A stretch of 64,000 nucleotides of DNA, taken from the NCBI RefSeq assembly GCF_006345805.1, contig NC_042998.1, positions 199,144,001 to 199,208,000 of the forward strand, read 5' to 3'. The notes beneath the pieces are model-generated. The model was given only the letters and a program-made list of their open reading frames with translations, was not told where the DNA came from and did not search any database. The position numbers and the translations under genes are program-made. The stretch comes from Octopus sinensis. Lineage: Eukaryota. Shown here piece by piece: positions 39,283 to 52,573 of the stretch (its first letter is position 1; each line of letters begins with the position of its first letter).

Positions 39283-39317
39283 GTTTCCGACGAAGAGCTC
39301 CGCTCGAAACGTTAAAC
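39283..39317 (+). ncRNA. Minimal type I hammerhead motif (U4C core) in a pLTR-like fragment
   Basis: gttt CCGACGA a gagc-tcc-gctc GAA acgt T aaac. Confidence 0.6.
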
Positions 39318-39434
39318 CCTCTTTCTTTCCTTCTTTCCTGAGCGTCCAATAATACTATATTTGTTCCACGTCCTCGCGTTGTTGTGTGTTTTTTTTGTGC
39401 TTTCTTGTTTGGATTAACTTTATATATATATATA

Positions 39435-39813
39435 TCTATATAAACGGCAGTTTGTCTGTCTGCGTGTCTGTGTGTCTGTTAGGTTGTACCCTCACCCTGA
39501 CCACGGCTTTCAACCGATCCTGATGAAACTTGACACACACATAGCCCAATGTCATAATTCAAAACTAACGCAGCGAAAATTTTGAAAAGTTCCCCCAGTT
39601 CTGAAAAAAATCGATAAATTCGACATGGGGTCGAGAATCAGAAACACAAACCACAGACTGTCTAGGGGACGCAACTCGACCTTTTTAACTCTCAAAAAAA
39701 AAAGTTACCATCATTTTTTTCCATTTTTTTGCTATTTTTTGGCTATAACTCTCTAAAAATGCTTTATAGTTATTTCCCTTACAAACCCGAGTAACGCCGG
39801 GCGATACTGCTGG
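39435..39813 (+). mobile_element. Non-autonomous Helitron (family 1)
   Basis: Near-identical to 22293-22678; A|TC...cccg-agtaacgc-cggg...CTGG|T. Confidence 0.88.
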
Positions 39814-39881
39814 TATATAATAAATCAGTCATTTAACGTATATGTAATGAGTATTAATTTACAAGGCATCAATAAACTTAC

Positions 39882-39953
39882 AGTTCACCAAGATTTGTCA
39901 GTTTCTCAAAGTAGTGCCGTTTGATGTCAGTTAGCATGTTATTGTCGAGAAAT
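39882..39953 (-). CDS. LGR type C GPCR, LRR exon 5
   Basis: 72 nt, cAG/GTaagt; LFLDNNMLTDIKRHYFEKLTNLGEL. Confidence 0.92.
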
Positions 39954-40380
39954 CTGTAAAAAAGACGCATAAAATGGTTAGAAAACTGTGCTCTCGTTAT
40001 TTGTAATTAATAAGACAAAACTGTAGTTCATACTCTTCGTTCTCGCCTTATTTTTATTTGGATTGGTACGCAAAGAAAGAGTTGAGTACAGATTATTTAC
40101 ACATCTCTGAAATCTGTGATATTGAAGAAGGTAATGTTCCTTTTGACACGGTGCAAATCAACGGCTGCGCAAAAAGAAACAAAAAATCTTATGCAGGGTG
40201 GGGAATCCAGAGGGTTGACAATCTGAAGAGGAAATGGTGGGCGGTGTGGGCAGAATGTGAGTGATGAGAGAAGAAGAGACGAGGGAATTGGAAGAATCCG
40301 ATGGGAGGTGAAACAACACCAGGTAATTACAAAGAGCCATTACAGTTATGCAAAGAGAGTGGGTACAACACGTCTTATGT

Positions 40381-40590
40381 ATTTCTTTACTGCCCACAAG
40401 GGGCTAAACACAGAGAGGACAAACAAGGACAGACAAAGGGATTAAGTCGATAACATCGACCCCAGTTGGAAACTGGTACTTTATTTATCGACCCCGAAAG
40501 GATGACAGGCAAAGTCGACCTCGGCGGAATTTGAACTCAGAACGTAACGACAGACGAAATACGGCTACGCATTTCGCCCGGCGTGCTAAC
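40381..40590 (-). mobile_element. SINE family B, 5'-truncated
   Basis: ~20-bp TSD gtgggtacaacacgtcttatg. Confidence 0.85.
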
Positions 40591-42189
40591 GTGGGTACAA
40601 CACGTCTTATGGCCAGAAGTTGGGGAATATTTACGAATGTCTCAGGCGAATCAGTCGGTTGGCAAATTTTTGGATGTGGTATCAAGGGAGTTTGTGTGCG
40701 AAGCTAAAGCACTGTTCCGGATCTAGGGGCAGTACTCTATTGCTGGCCGCATCGGTGTTTTGCAGTGGTTATATGCATATGTAGGAACAGAAGTATTTTC
40801 TGGAAGGCAAGCGCTTGGGATACTGCCTGCCCTGGTGATACAACCTGTACTTGTGATACAGCCAACAGTATCTGTAAGGTTTCTACCTCTCATCAGGTTT
40901 ACATTTGATATAAATTAAATTCATTTTGAGCAAAGAGAAAGAAATGAAAAATATCGATCTCGAGGTGATGAAATGTAAAATTGATCTTGACCCTAGAACG
41001 AACCCTGAAAAATATTTTATCTGACACTTTGACAATTGCGGGAATTCTTTAATTTCAGTCGTTAGTACTAACAATTGATATCTCACGAGAATAAGCAAGG
41101 AAAGCAACAAACTATGTGAAAAAAAAAAATGATACGTTCGGTAACATGTTGCAAATACTGAAAAGAAACGATGAGATTGTCATGCTTAGACCGTCTTTGA
41201 TCATAGATTGGTTCGAAAAGTTGCAATAAATGAAAAAAATGTATAAATAAATACACTGAAAATTGTTACATACAACTGTACGAGACTACTGGTGCCATAG
41301 AAGGCGGCTGGTTCTATTGCTTTAATTCGGTTTCTTCGTAGAGATCTATAAGAGAGAAAGACGAGAAATAAAAATCAAAAACAAATAAAAGTAACTAGCA
41401 GAAATTTAATTAATTCTGATAAAAGAAATCCCAGAAGAAAAGGACAAATTGTTAATATATCTTCTGTTACTGATTAATAGGTGTAACCCATTGCACACGG
41501 AATCTTTCTGAGATGCTGAGTTTGAATATATGATGTAGATTGATTGAGCGCACTGTGAGATATATAAACGCATTTGAATAGTGATTATGCGATAGGAGCC
41601 GTTCTTTGACCTATGTCACTTGTTTCACTGGTATTTAATTTACTGACCCCGAATGGATGAAAGGAAAGTTGATCTAGGCCGAATTTAAAATCAGAACATA
41701 AAGACAGACGAAATGCCGCTAAGCATTTTGCCCTGCGTGCAAACGATTCTACCAGCTCACCATGGATAGCAGGGATTATCAGGAGGGTTTTAAGCACTTG
41801 AAAGACAGCTAAAAACTTGTGGATGCCTAAGGTTACAGGTAGTAACTCGCTACCCACATAAATTCTACCAGGAATAAGATCGAACCTAAGGCAAACTAAA
41901 ATAATAATGACAATAATCCTTTCTACTATAAGCACAAGGCCTGACATTTGTGGGGAGGGGACTAGTCGATTACATCGACCCCGGTGTTTCACCGGTACTT
42001 AATTTATCGACCCTGAAAAGATGAAAGCTAAAGTCGATACCGGCGCAATTAAACACAGGGATGACAAACAAGGACAGACAAACGGATTAAGTCGATTATA
42101 TCGACCCCAGTGCGTAACTGGTATTTATTTAATCGACTGCGAAAGGATGAAAAGCAAAGTCGACCTCGGCGGAATTTGAACTCAGGTGT

Positions 42190-42380
42190 AACCCATTGCA
42201 CCAATTTGTTCGGATTTATCTTAGCTCTTGCCATCGCCTCGCATTCCTTTAAAATGGAATCGACTCTCTGAACATCCGCAGTGTCTGACACCATTACCGT
42301 GATATCATCTGCATATGCCGACACAGCTCTTCTGGATTCCTGTCAGAAGGGAATACCTCTCAAGGGTTCTAGCTGCTGAT
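42190..42380 (-). mobile_element. Tx1/L1-like RT fragment
   Basis: VSAYADDITVMV...AKINPNK. Confidence 0.65.
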
Positions 42381-42566
42381 ATCTAATTAGATTGATGTCA
42401 GTATCCATCTATCCGTCCACGGCTGGATGGCTGAATGAATGGATAAAGGATTTGCCGTCTGCGTATTCCCACATATCAAGGCGGAGTTCCAAGAAGACCG
42501 TAGTCTAAAAAGACAGAAACAGGTAAAGGAATTATAAAAAAGATACTTCTACAAAAGTTTACTCAC

Positions 42567-42638
42567 AGTTTTATCAATTTACTCAAGTGATCGAATGCTT
42601 TTGCAGGTATTTCGGTCAACCAATTCTGGTCCAGGTAT
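42567..42638 (-). CDS. LGR type C GPCR, LRR exon 4
   Basis: 72 nt, cAG/GTgagt; LYLDQNWLTEIPAKAFDHLSKLIKL. Confidence 0.92.
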
Positions 42639-43049
42639 CTGAAACATGGAATATATTATGTAACACATTCAAAACAGAGAGAACTACGTTAAAAACTAGG
42701 TTTCTCCGGAGCTCACAACGACAGTATTTCACAAGGGTTTATAAAATCTAAATACTAGTATTATATTAATGTTTGGTTAATTGCGCGAATCCTTTTATTT
42801 CTAAAATAAGTATCACTTCGGGACTAAGGGGAAATAAATAAATACTCTATTTTTAATTCTGCGATTACTAAGTTACCATTTATTGTTCAATGTGATTAAA
42901 TAACAAAAGAACTGGAATATTATGTTTGATAAACTGTTCAGATTTCCAACATAAAATAATATAAGCTACTATAAACTCCAATTTGTGATAAAAACTACAA
43001 CTCATTATGTCAGGTCACTTTTGAGTGCTACTGGTAGCAAGTAACCCAG

Positions 43050-43450
43050 TACAACCTGTTGCATGACTAAACCGGCGACTAAACCGGCAACCCCACCAAG
43101 CTTGCTTGGTGAGGAGGGTGTTCATTGGATACCCTGCGGGGATGAAAAACAAAACCCATCAAAGGGCGGAGGAACTCTTGAGGGTCAACGGCCATCCAAT
43201 AAATGTACCCCCTCCTGGGGAAGGCTAAGGGAGTAAACCCCGACAGAAAATCCGGAGCTGGAGTCCCTAAGGTGGCCTGACACAACACGTCACCACCGGC
43301 AACTCCTGCGACGCATCTGGTAGCAAGCTGTATCGACTCGTCGTTCCTTTGGAGCTACCAGCTGCGTGGAGAAGGGGGGATCAAACTGCATGGACAACAG
43401 CTGATCCCTCATATAAACCTGCCCAGGCCTTGAAGCTCAACAGAAGAGGA
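43050..43450 (+). mobile_element. Probable RTE-X LINE 5' UTR (solo)
   Basis: GC-rich, structured, ends CTCATATAAACCTGCCC; no RT ORF follows. Confidence 0.4.
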
Positions 43451-43625
43451 AGTGCAGATAAACCCATCACATTTTCCGAGCTACACCATCGTCTCTCGAG
43501 ACGGACGGATGCCGACGACGACGAATTCACTGTCAGAGAGACAGTTGCTCTTTTCCGTCTTAGACAAGAGCTTCTAATGTCTAAATAAATGTTTATGTAG
43601 CAATGGAAGCAGGAAAAATACTTAC

Positions 43626-43697
43626 AAATATTTCAGGGAATTATTCTTGGCAAACAAATTAGGGACTAGTTCTTCCAGTCGGTTCAGTTTAAGCGAT
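43626..43697 (-). CDS. LGR type C GPCR, LRR exon 3
   Basis: 72 nt, cAG/GTaagt; LSLKLNRLEELVPNLFAKNNSLKYL. Confidence 0.92.
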
Positions 43698-43815
43698 CTG
43701 ATCAATGAGAGACGATGGTGGAATGAGGTTTAGTAAACATAAAATATTTTATTTGATGTTTTAGAAATAAGGAGTTTATAGTTAATAAAAAACGGTGAAA
43801 TTGAATAAATAAATA

Positions 43816-43956
43816 CTAGGTTGTCCCAAAAGTTCGTAAACACTTGCGAAAATTGAATTTTTACTCGCCAAGTACTAACAAAAACAACAAAAATTATTCC
43901 TCAAAATAAAGACCATTATTTTCCAAGACTTTCTACGAACTTTTGGGACGACCTTA
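43816..43956. mobile_element. Tiny mariner-type MITE
   Basis: TIRs aggttgtcccaaaagttcgta / tacgaacttttgggacgacct; TA flanks. Confidence 0.75.
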
Positions 43957-44042
43957 TAATAACGTTTAAGAAAGTCACTATAATACATGTAAGGAAATAA
44001 AGGGTGTAAATAGAGCAAAACCAAAAGAGAAGTAGAACAATA

Positions 44043-44466
44043 TTCTTTTATTCTTTTACTTGTTTCGGTCATTAGATTGCGGCCATGCTGGAGCACCGAC
44101 TTGAAGGATTTTAGTCGAATGAATCAACCCCAGTATTTCTTTTTTTATTTTAGGTTCTGGTACTTATTCTATCGGTCTCTTTTGCCGAACTGTTAAGTTA
44201 CGGGGACGTAAACACACTAACACCGGTTGGAAAGCGGTGGTAGGGTACAAACACACGCGCATGCACACACACAAACACACACACAGTTACACATATATAT
44301 ATACGACAGGCTTCTTTCAATTTCCGTCAATCAAATCTACTCACAAGGCTTTGGTCGGCCTGAGGCTATAGCAGAAGACACTTGCCCAACGTGCCGCGTA
44401 GTGAGATTGAGCCCCGAACCATGTGGTTGAGAAGCAAACTTCTTACCACACAGCCACGCCTGCACC
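44043..44466 (-). mobile_element. SINE family C, full length
   Basis: Same modules, more diverged. Confidence 0.82.
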
Positions 44467-44783
44467 TTTCTTTTTTCGTTTTTTTACCTGTATTTCAGTA
44501 TTTCGTATTTTAAAATTCCTTATCAAGAAAATTGGAATCAAATAGACTCCTTCACTGTAAAAAAAATTAATAAGCAACTGTTTTACAAATGCTAAGATTA
44601 TGGAGGAAGACGAATAGGTGGGGGAAGGTCTCTCTTAGTAAAAGCACATATTTAACTGACTTAGGAAAGCATCTCAAAGACTGGTCTTTCTCTTCAAGAC
44701 CAGAAAATAATTCAGCTCCTTACAATTACTGATATTCTACAAAGCCCAAGTGGTGCCCTATGCAGAATGTTGCTCCACATAAA

Positions 44784-45020
44784 GGCGGCGAGCTGGCAGA
44801 AACGTTTACACGCCGGGCGAAATGCTTAGCAGTATTTCGTCTGTCGCTACGTTCTGAGTTCAAATTACGCCGAGGTCGACTTTGCCTTTCATCCTTTCGG
44901 GGTCGATAAATTAAGTACCAGTTGCGCACTGGGGTCGATATAATCGACTTAATCCGTTTGTCTGTCCTTGTTTGTTCCCTTCTGTGTTTAGCCCCTTGTG
45001 GGTAGTAAAGAAAAAGGTAT
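44784..45020 (+). mobile_element. SINE family B monomer
   Basis: Full head; ends AAAGAAAAA-GGTAT. Confidence 0.85.
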
Positions 45021-46467
45021 CTGTTGTTTAACCATTCATGAATAGATGCAGCCATCAACAGGTAAACATATTTATTGACTTCAAAGGAATACATATGTTT
45101 CTCATAGATACTCGCATGATAAATGAACGACGTGAAAGAGCTGAGCTACAAAAGAAACTCGAATGTAGGCTTCAGAATCAGTTTACAAGGAGCTTAGTAT
45201 TTACTCTGCTAAAGGAATAGTTAAATGAATAAACAAATAGATAAAATAAATATATAAATATAGTTATTAATCGTAGTCGATTTTACTGGAAAATCTATAG
45301 TTAATATTCTGTAGTTGTCTGCAGGCTAGACAATAAGAAATTCTCTGAAGGAGACAATCGTTATAGTTTTACTTCTTTAGTTACATTTTATTGAACTCTT
45401 TTTGAGTGAACGATACAGTTTTGAAGCATTTAGTATTCATGGCATCACGTTATTTCCATTATTAGTGAAACACGAGTAAGTAAATACATTTGCGGTTCCT
45501 AGGACGACCAAATTATATTTTGTTTCTACGTATACTTTACACACAAATCAGTATACAACAACAGTACACACACTGGTAGATTATCGCTCATGTATAGACA
45601 AACGCACACACAAAGTATGGATAGAATGACATATCAGCGTAGTGAATTCAATTGTAATATTATCAATCCAACTAAAGTATCGTGCTGGCAGAATCGTCGA
45701 ATCTCCAGGCAAAATTCTTGGCGACATTTCACTTGTCTTTACGTTCTGAGTTCAAATCCGAAGAGGTTGACTTGGCCTTTCATACTTTCGGGGCCTATAA
45801 AATAAGTAACAGTTCATCACTGGGGTCGATGTAATCAACAAGCCCGCAAAATTTCTAGCTTTGTGCTAGAATTTGGAACCAATATTATCCCTTCAACTAA
45901 GGCGGTGAAGTGGAAGAATCGTTAACACACCTGGAAAATGCTTTGCAGCCTTTCGTTCGATTTTACGTTCTGAGTTCAATTTCTGCAGAAGTCAACCTTT
46001 CTTTCATCCTTTCGGAGTCGACTAAATAAGTACCATGTGCCAAAGTTTCAAACCAATATTATCAGTTCAGCTTTGTGAGCACCAATGAAACAGCGGTTGC
46101 TGAGAAACTTAGAAATATACCGAAAATGGCGGAAGCTTGTAGGAATTGAACTGTAATGATTCGATTGAATGTTTTCTTTAAACGGCTTTTTGTGTTGTCT
46201 AAGATCTTTCTTTGATTGGAACTGTGAAATCAGAGAAACGTTATAATTTCTGTTGGGGAACATTGTGTCTATAGAAAAGGTTTTAGAAGATTTAAATATG
46301 TTCAGGTGTCGTGTGAAGTGAACATGGTTGGCTTATGAGCCAGACAGCAAGCAAGGGTTCGAAATTTTAGATTCTTCTCTTCTCACGAGACGTGAACTGA
46401 CCGAATTCGTGTGGAACACACTTGCTGAATATTTGCATCAAAGTTCATTTAAAGTATATCCAGAACA

Positions 46468-46884
46468 TACTCTTTTACTCTTTTACTCTTTTACTTGTTT
46501 CAGTTATTTGACTGCGGCCATGCTGGGGCACCGCCTTTAATCGAGCAACTCGACCCCGGGACTTATTCTTTTGTAAGCCCAGTACTTATTCTATCGGTCT
46601 CTTTTTGCCGAACCGCTAAGTGACGGGGACATAAACACACCAGCATCGGTTGTCAAGCAATGCTAGGGGGACAAACACAGACACACAAACACACACACGC
46701 ATACATATATACATATATACGACGGGCTTCTTTCAGTTTCCGTCTACCAAATCCACTCACAAGGCTTTGGTCGGCCCGAGGCTATAGTAGAAGACACTTG
46801 CCCAAGGTGCCACGCAATGGGACTGAACCCAGAACCATGTGGTTGGTTAGTAAGCTACTTACCACACAGCCACTCCTGCGCCTA
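46468..46884 (-). mobile_element. SINE family C, full length
   Basis: Reverse complement of the 51906 type. Confidence 0.88.
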
Positions 46885-47195
46885 ACATAAATATTAGAAA
46901 TCATAATTATTATTATGCAACGATTTCTCCATCTAAATTTTATATCTTCTGTATTTATTTATATATGATGTTGTCAATATTTCCTTGTTAGCCATAAATC
47001 TTCACACGAACCCATTCAATAGTAATTAAAAATAAAGTTTAGTGTCCTTCTCACTTAAATATCAATTATACAAATTATGTTGAAAGATGTCATATAAATC
47101 AGTGAAGTTATTTATTAAGAACTGCAGCTATTAAAATTTGACAGATAAAATCGATGTATTTCCTTAATTCGAGTATAGAGCAATTAAAAACTCAC

Positions 47196-47267
47196 AGAGT
47201 CTCCAGTTCAGGGCAGTTATGGAACGCTCCTGCTTCAAGAATCCGTAAACCGTTGTCATTGAGAGAG
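47196..47267 (-). CDS. LGR type C GPCR, LRR exon 2
   Basis: 72 nt, cAG/GTgagt; LSLNDNGLRILEAGAFHNCPELETL. Confidence 0.92.
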
Positions 47268-49036
47268 CTGGAAAGACAATTCTGTTTTAGTCATGATTTT
47301 CAAACACACTTTCTGTTGCTTATATCATATTAATATTCTAATTTAAAAAAAAAATTATTTCCTGAACTGAAGGTGATTTTAACGACAAGGTAACTCACGA
47401 AGAAATTTGTGATTTTGTGCCAGTGTGAGAAATCTTGAAAGTAAGTTACGAGCCAGTATTTCAGGATGAGTACATTTTAATAACATGGTCTAATTAACAA
47501 GTGAGAACATGCTGTGGTTAAATCAATGCTGAGAAAAAAATAATAGTTTCAATATACAGTGTATTGTATATATAAAGTAGCGCATTGAATGTATGGCTTT
47601 GAAAGTATCCTTGCCACGTATTGTATACCATGATTCGAATGTATTATAGCTTCACTAAATAAAAAGGTATTATTGAGAGAGGAAGTAAAGACAAGAGAAG
47701 TGTACCTGAATGAATGACAAACGATGGTAGACGAGTCTCGTTTTTCAATAAACATACGTGTCAAGCTAAAGGGAAAAAACTAGTTCACAAACGGACCACA
47801 GAAAAATACAGCAATGAAATAATAGCGAAGAATAGCTATTTCTCAAAGTAAGTGCTCGGTTCTCTCTCACTCTCTCTCTTGTGTGTGTGTGTGTGTGTGT
47901 GTGTGTATAACACGCCACTATGCGTCATAGAGTTAATAGTATGTGTTTGTAAAACATGGCAGTATATGTGCTTGCTTTGTTTGTGTGTTCAGAGAAAAAG
48001 TTGAATGTGGGAGAAATGTGCGTCGGCAGAAGCCCAAGAAGCTTATCAAGATGTTTGCTTTTATATCGTTGGGAGACTTCAGACAGTCTCTTAAAGGTAA
48101 CTGTTCATCGACCCTCGAGCTTCTGATTAGCAGAAAAGCAACTATTTGCCTAGACTGCTTACGATTCGATCGTATAACCGAGTCATGTGGGAGAGACAGA
48201 AGCAAGTATGAATGGATAATGATTGTAGAATACACAACAAGGCCATCAAGATTTGAGGGTCATAAACTTAATCCATCACTCGGTTTAGCCCACCATCAGG
48301 CTCTTGGATGCTTCCAACAGAATCTTCTCTATTGCGAGAATTCAGGTTATGTTTGCGGTCTCAAGAAAACCTTTCCTCTCCCTTCGATCAAGAGACCAGG
48401 GAACAGAAGAAAGAAGAAGAAAGAAGACATTCACCCAACAACAGAGCTGAAGACACTTCCGAAAGGGGGGGGGGGCGTCACGTCAAAACGGTAGAGGAGT
48501 AGGGGCCGAAACCAGACGTGGTTCCTCCTGATGATGTCTTGAGCTAACTGGATCCTATAAAGGAGCTGTTGTGGTAGCAGACCACGAAACACGGTTATAA
48601 TTCCTCTGACGCCTTGAATAGAGCTTAGGGATGCTGTTCACTTCTAAATCATAAAAGACCAACGCCTGTTCTGATGTCGTTTTTGACTTATATGCATGTA
48701 TGTATAAATATATATATGCTTGTATATATAAATATAAATGTATGTATATATAAATATATATGTGTGTGTGTAGTGTATGCGTGTGTAGTGTGTGGTGTGG
48801 TGCAGTGTGTGTGTATGTGTGTGTGTGTGCTTGAGCGCGCGTGTAGGAATGAACACTGATTCTTTAAGGGGAACACTATAATATGTAATGCTCATCATTT
48901 TGCCCAAATCCTTAACACTAGGGAAGTGTTCGTAATTTTTGTATAGTCAGTTCGCCGGAAGATTACTTTTACTCTGCTATGGGTTCGATATGAATGTTAT
49001 ATAATTTAACGCAAAGAAACAAGAAATCATACTTAC

Positions 49037-49108
49037 AGCTCTTTTAAATTATGGAAGCCACGGAGGGCGGATTGATTCAGATATGAAATATGGTTGGCTG
49101 ATAGATCC
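49037..49108 (-). CDS. LGR type C GPCR, LRR exon 1
   Basis: 72 nt, phase 2-2, polypyrimidine-cAG/GTaagt; LDLSANHISYLNQSALRGFHNLKEL. Confidence 0.92.
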
Positions 49109-49427
49109 CTGCAGAAAAAAGAAATAAGAAAAAAGAAATAAGATATAGCACCTTACACGTGAGATGTAATATGTATATATGGGAGAACATAATGAACTCA
49201 CTTTTGGCTCCAACCTGTCCGAGGCTGATTGAATTTCTGCATACATTTTACAAAGAATATAGGAACGAAGCGTTAAACATCAACTTCAGTATAGACACAA
49301 CTCAACAACATATATTATGGTTTTAAAAGTACATAATCACAAGTGTACTGTATTTTATTAGATTCACTTATTGTATCTTTATATTAACTGGTTCCCTCAC
49401 TTATTTCATGTGTATCGTCTGCTGATA

Positions 49428-49929
49428 TCTTTATATATAAGAGAGAGGTTGTGTGACTGTCTCCTACGATTTAGATTCCTAACTACTCCCACATTTTGCG
49501 GTGCAGTTTAACCAAAACCGGGTATCTTATAGTCGTGATTCATATTGAGCCTTTCTGGGTATCAGCGCGCGTCTACGATGAGTCTAAGATTAAAAAAAAA
49601 ACTTACCATCATTTTTTTCCATTTTAATGCATTTTTTTCGCTATTATATAAAGGAAGTAGCTCTCTAAAAATGTCTATGATGAGTCTAAGATTTAAAAAA
49701 AAATTTACCATCATTTTTTTTCCATTTTAATGCATTTTTTTCGCTATTATATAAAGGAAGTAGCTCTCTAAAAATGTCTACGATGAGTCAACGATTTAAA
49801 AAAAAATTTACCATAATTTTTTTTCCATTTTTAATGCATTTTTTTGCTATTTTTTGGCTATAACTCTCTAAAAATGCTTATATAGTTATTTCCCTTACAA
49901 ACCCGAACAACGCCGGGCGATACTGCTAG
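49428..49929 (+). mobile_element. Non-autonomous Helitron (family 2) with three ~102-bp internal repeats
   Basis: A|TC...CTAG|T; repeats start at 49572, 49674 and 49777; 3' ~110 bp shared with family 1. Confidence 0.85.
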
Positions 49930-50804
49930 TGTAAAATGAAGTCTTACCTTTTTATCTTCATTACAGAAAGAGTATTCTTCTATTTTTAACTTATTTATTT
50001 ATTTATTACTTGTGTTAGCTACAAATTTCGAAAACAGAAAAAAAAAAAAAAAAACGAAAAACAAAGAGAAAACAGAAAACTGCCATCGTACAGAGGTGAA
50101 TTATATTTTGGTTTTGTTATTTTTCTCAGTTTTCCTCGCTGCTAAATTTTAGCTAGATGTGACCTATAGTTTGTATGTAAATCTAAAATAGCATTATTCT
50201 TATCTACTCTAGGATCAAGACCCGAAATTGTTTGGGAGGAGTCGAGTCGATTAGATCGACCCCGTACGCAACTGATACTTAATTTATCGACCCCGAAAGG
50301 ATAAAAAGCAAAGTCGACCTCGGCGGAATTTGAACTCAGAACGTAAAAATAGATGCAATACAGCTAAGCATTCCGCCCGGCGTAATAACGTTTCTGCTAA
50401 CTCGCCACCTTCTGAAACAGCATTATTTTAATTCAGTACAGTATGGGAACTAAAACTATTACGTATACAGATATATATTTCTGCGTTTAATATAAGAGAT
50501 CCCAACATGACCAGAGACAATTTACTAGAAAAAAAAAAAGAAAATGAAAGAATACACATGCGTATACAATACACGCCCACATCGACACACACACATAAAG
50601 ACACGCATACATATAGAGAGGTACACAGTCTTATTGAGGGACGGATCTTTGTGACACGCAAACACGCAAACACACACATATACAATTATATCTACCTACC
50701 TACTTTCTTATCTACCTGCCAAACTATATATCATAAAGAGTGGCCTTACCATTTTTTATAGTTCCTATTCAGCTCTAATGAATTTGAGATATATGCTGGG
50801 TTTC

Positions 50805-50868
<64 letters not shown>

Positions 50869-51083
50869 TATACATACATATGTACATACCTACATATATA
50901 TATATAGATATACATGCATATATGGGTACAGGACATAAAAAAAACAAAAAACGTTGAACACAATGAGAAACGAAAATATAAAAACAAAAACATAGAAACG
51001 AACTTTTTTTCAGACGACGAAAAAAACAGAGAAGCGAGACATATAACATAAAGAATATATATATATATATATATATATGAGAC

Positions 51084-51184
<101 letters not shown>

Positions 51185-51370
51185 GGTGTATTGAGTTTCT
51201 ATGGTATACTTTTCCATAAATTCTCATAACATACCATATACATGTAATAATAATTTCATATTTGTAAAAATCTTACGCCAGTAAGCTACCAAAGAAAGAT
51301 GAAGAATCTTTGTTAGAAATCAGCCTTTGGAACCCTCCAAAGTAAAAGGTGAAATAAAACTCAACCTTTT

Positions 51371-51415
<45 letters not shown>

Positions 51416-51905
51416 ACATACATACACACACGCACGTAAACACGCACGCACAATCGCACACACCGACACATGAACAAACACACACATACGCGCATATATA
51501 TACGTATATATAGACATCATAGTCCCGGAAAGGTAGAAAGACTGGGTATTTATATTTCTACATCATTATCCCTTCCCCATTCTCTTATTTTCAGATATTA
51601 TTTCTCCATTGTCCAACTCACTTGACCATTGTTTGCTTGCTGGCTACGAAGTGGTTCTATTATTAGTCCAGCTCATCATTTATATCTTGTTTTACCTCTA
51701 TCTCTTCTTCCTATTTTGCTAGAGACTTGTCCTGCCTGGGATTAAACACTATTTTTCAGCAACTACAATGGCATCAGACTCTTATCTTCCAAACTACGTA
51801 TCTATGGACTTTAATTGGAACTTTAATTTCACACCAGTAACAAAATTTACATGGATTGTTACTAAATATTGCAAATGTTTAAATTTCTTGGACAGAAAAT
51901 TTCTT

Positions 51906-52283
51906 GGCAGGTGTGGCTGTGTGGTAAGTAGCTTGTCTACCAACCACATGGTTCCGGGTTCAGTCCCACTGCGTGGCATCTTGGGCAAGTGTCTTCTACT
52001 ATAGCCTCGGGCCGACCAAAGCCTTGTGAGTGGATTTAGGTAGACGGAAACTGAAAGAAGCCCGTCGTATATATGTATATATATATGCGTGTGTGTGTTT
52101 GTGTGTTGCTTGACAACCGATGCTGGTGTGTTTATGTCCCCGTTACTTAGCGGTTCGGCAAAAGAGACCGATAGAATAAGTACTGGGCTTACAAAAAGAA
52201 TAAGTCCCGGGGTCGAGTTGCTCGATTAAAGGCGGTGCTCCAGCATGGCCGCAATCAAATGACTGAAACAAGTAAAAGAGTAG
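51906..52283 (+). mobile_element. tRNA-derived SINE family C with CR1-like tail
   Basis: GTGGCTGTGTGG head; GTTCAGTCCC B box; TTGGGCAAGTGTCTTC domain; internal (TA/TG)n; tail GGCGGTGCTCCAGCATGGCCGCA..GACTGAAAC. Confidence 0.88.
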
Positions 52284-52476
52284 AGAAACACACTTTCGAA
52301 TTGAGGAAAAATGAACCTAATTCAATTCCCGACTCCCTCTAAAATCAAAGAAGAACCAAGCAAACACACAAACAAAACAACAAAAACAGCTCTTCAAAGC
52401 AACATTAAAACTAGCAAAAAAGACTTAGAATTTGGAGAATAGAAATATTTTTTCTTTTGTATTATTTAATACTTAC

Positions 52477-52573
52477 AAGGTAACTGCCGTTACTGGAACA
52501 GTATCAGGAATTTTCTGAAGACCTGTATTGACACAATACCAGAATTTTGCTTCTTTACATTCACATAGGTCAT
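52477..52573 (-). CDS. LGR type C GPCR, LRRNT cap exon
   Basis: tAG|...|GTaagt; DDLCECKEAKFWYCVNTGLQKIPDTVPVTAVTL (CxC...C...L..IP..P); phase 1-2. Confidence 0.9.

Noticed and set aside
47570-47655. LRR-like peptide SYNTFESWYTIRGKDTFKAIHSMRY on the minus strand
   Set aside because: In-frame stops immediately upstream and no GT donor at the expected phase.
48490-48620. Hammerhead-like CTGATGA and two GAAAC boxes after a possible GIY-YIG remnant
   Set aside because: No stem I partner can be formed in any permutation and the upstream coding similarity is weak; at most a decayed pLTR.
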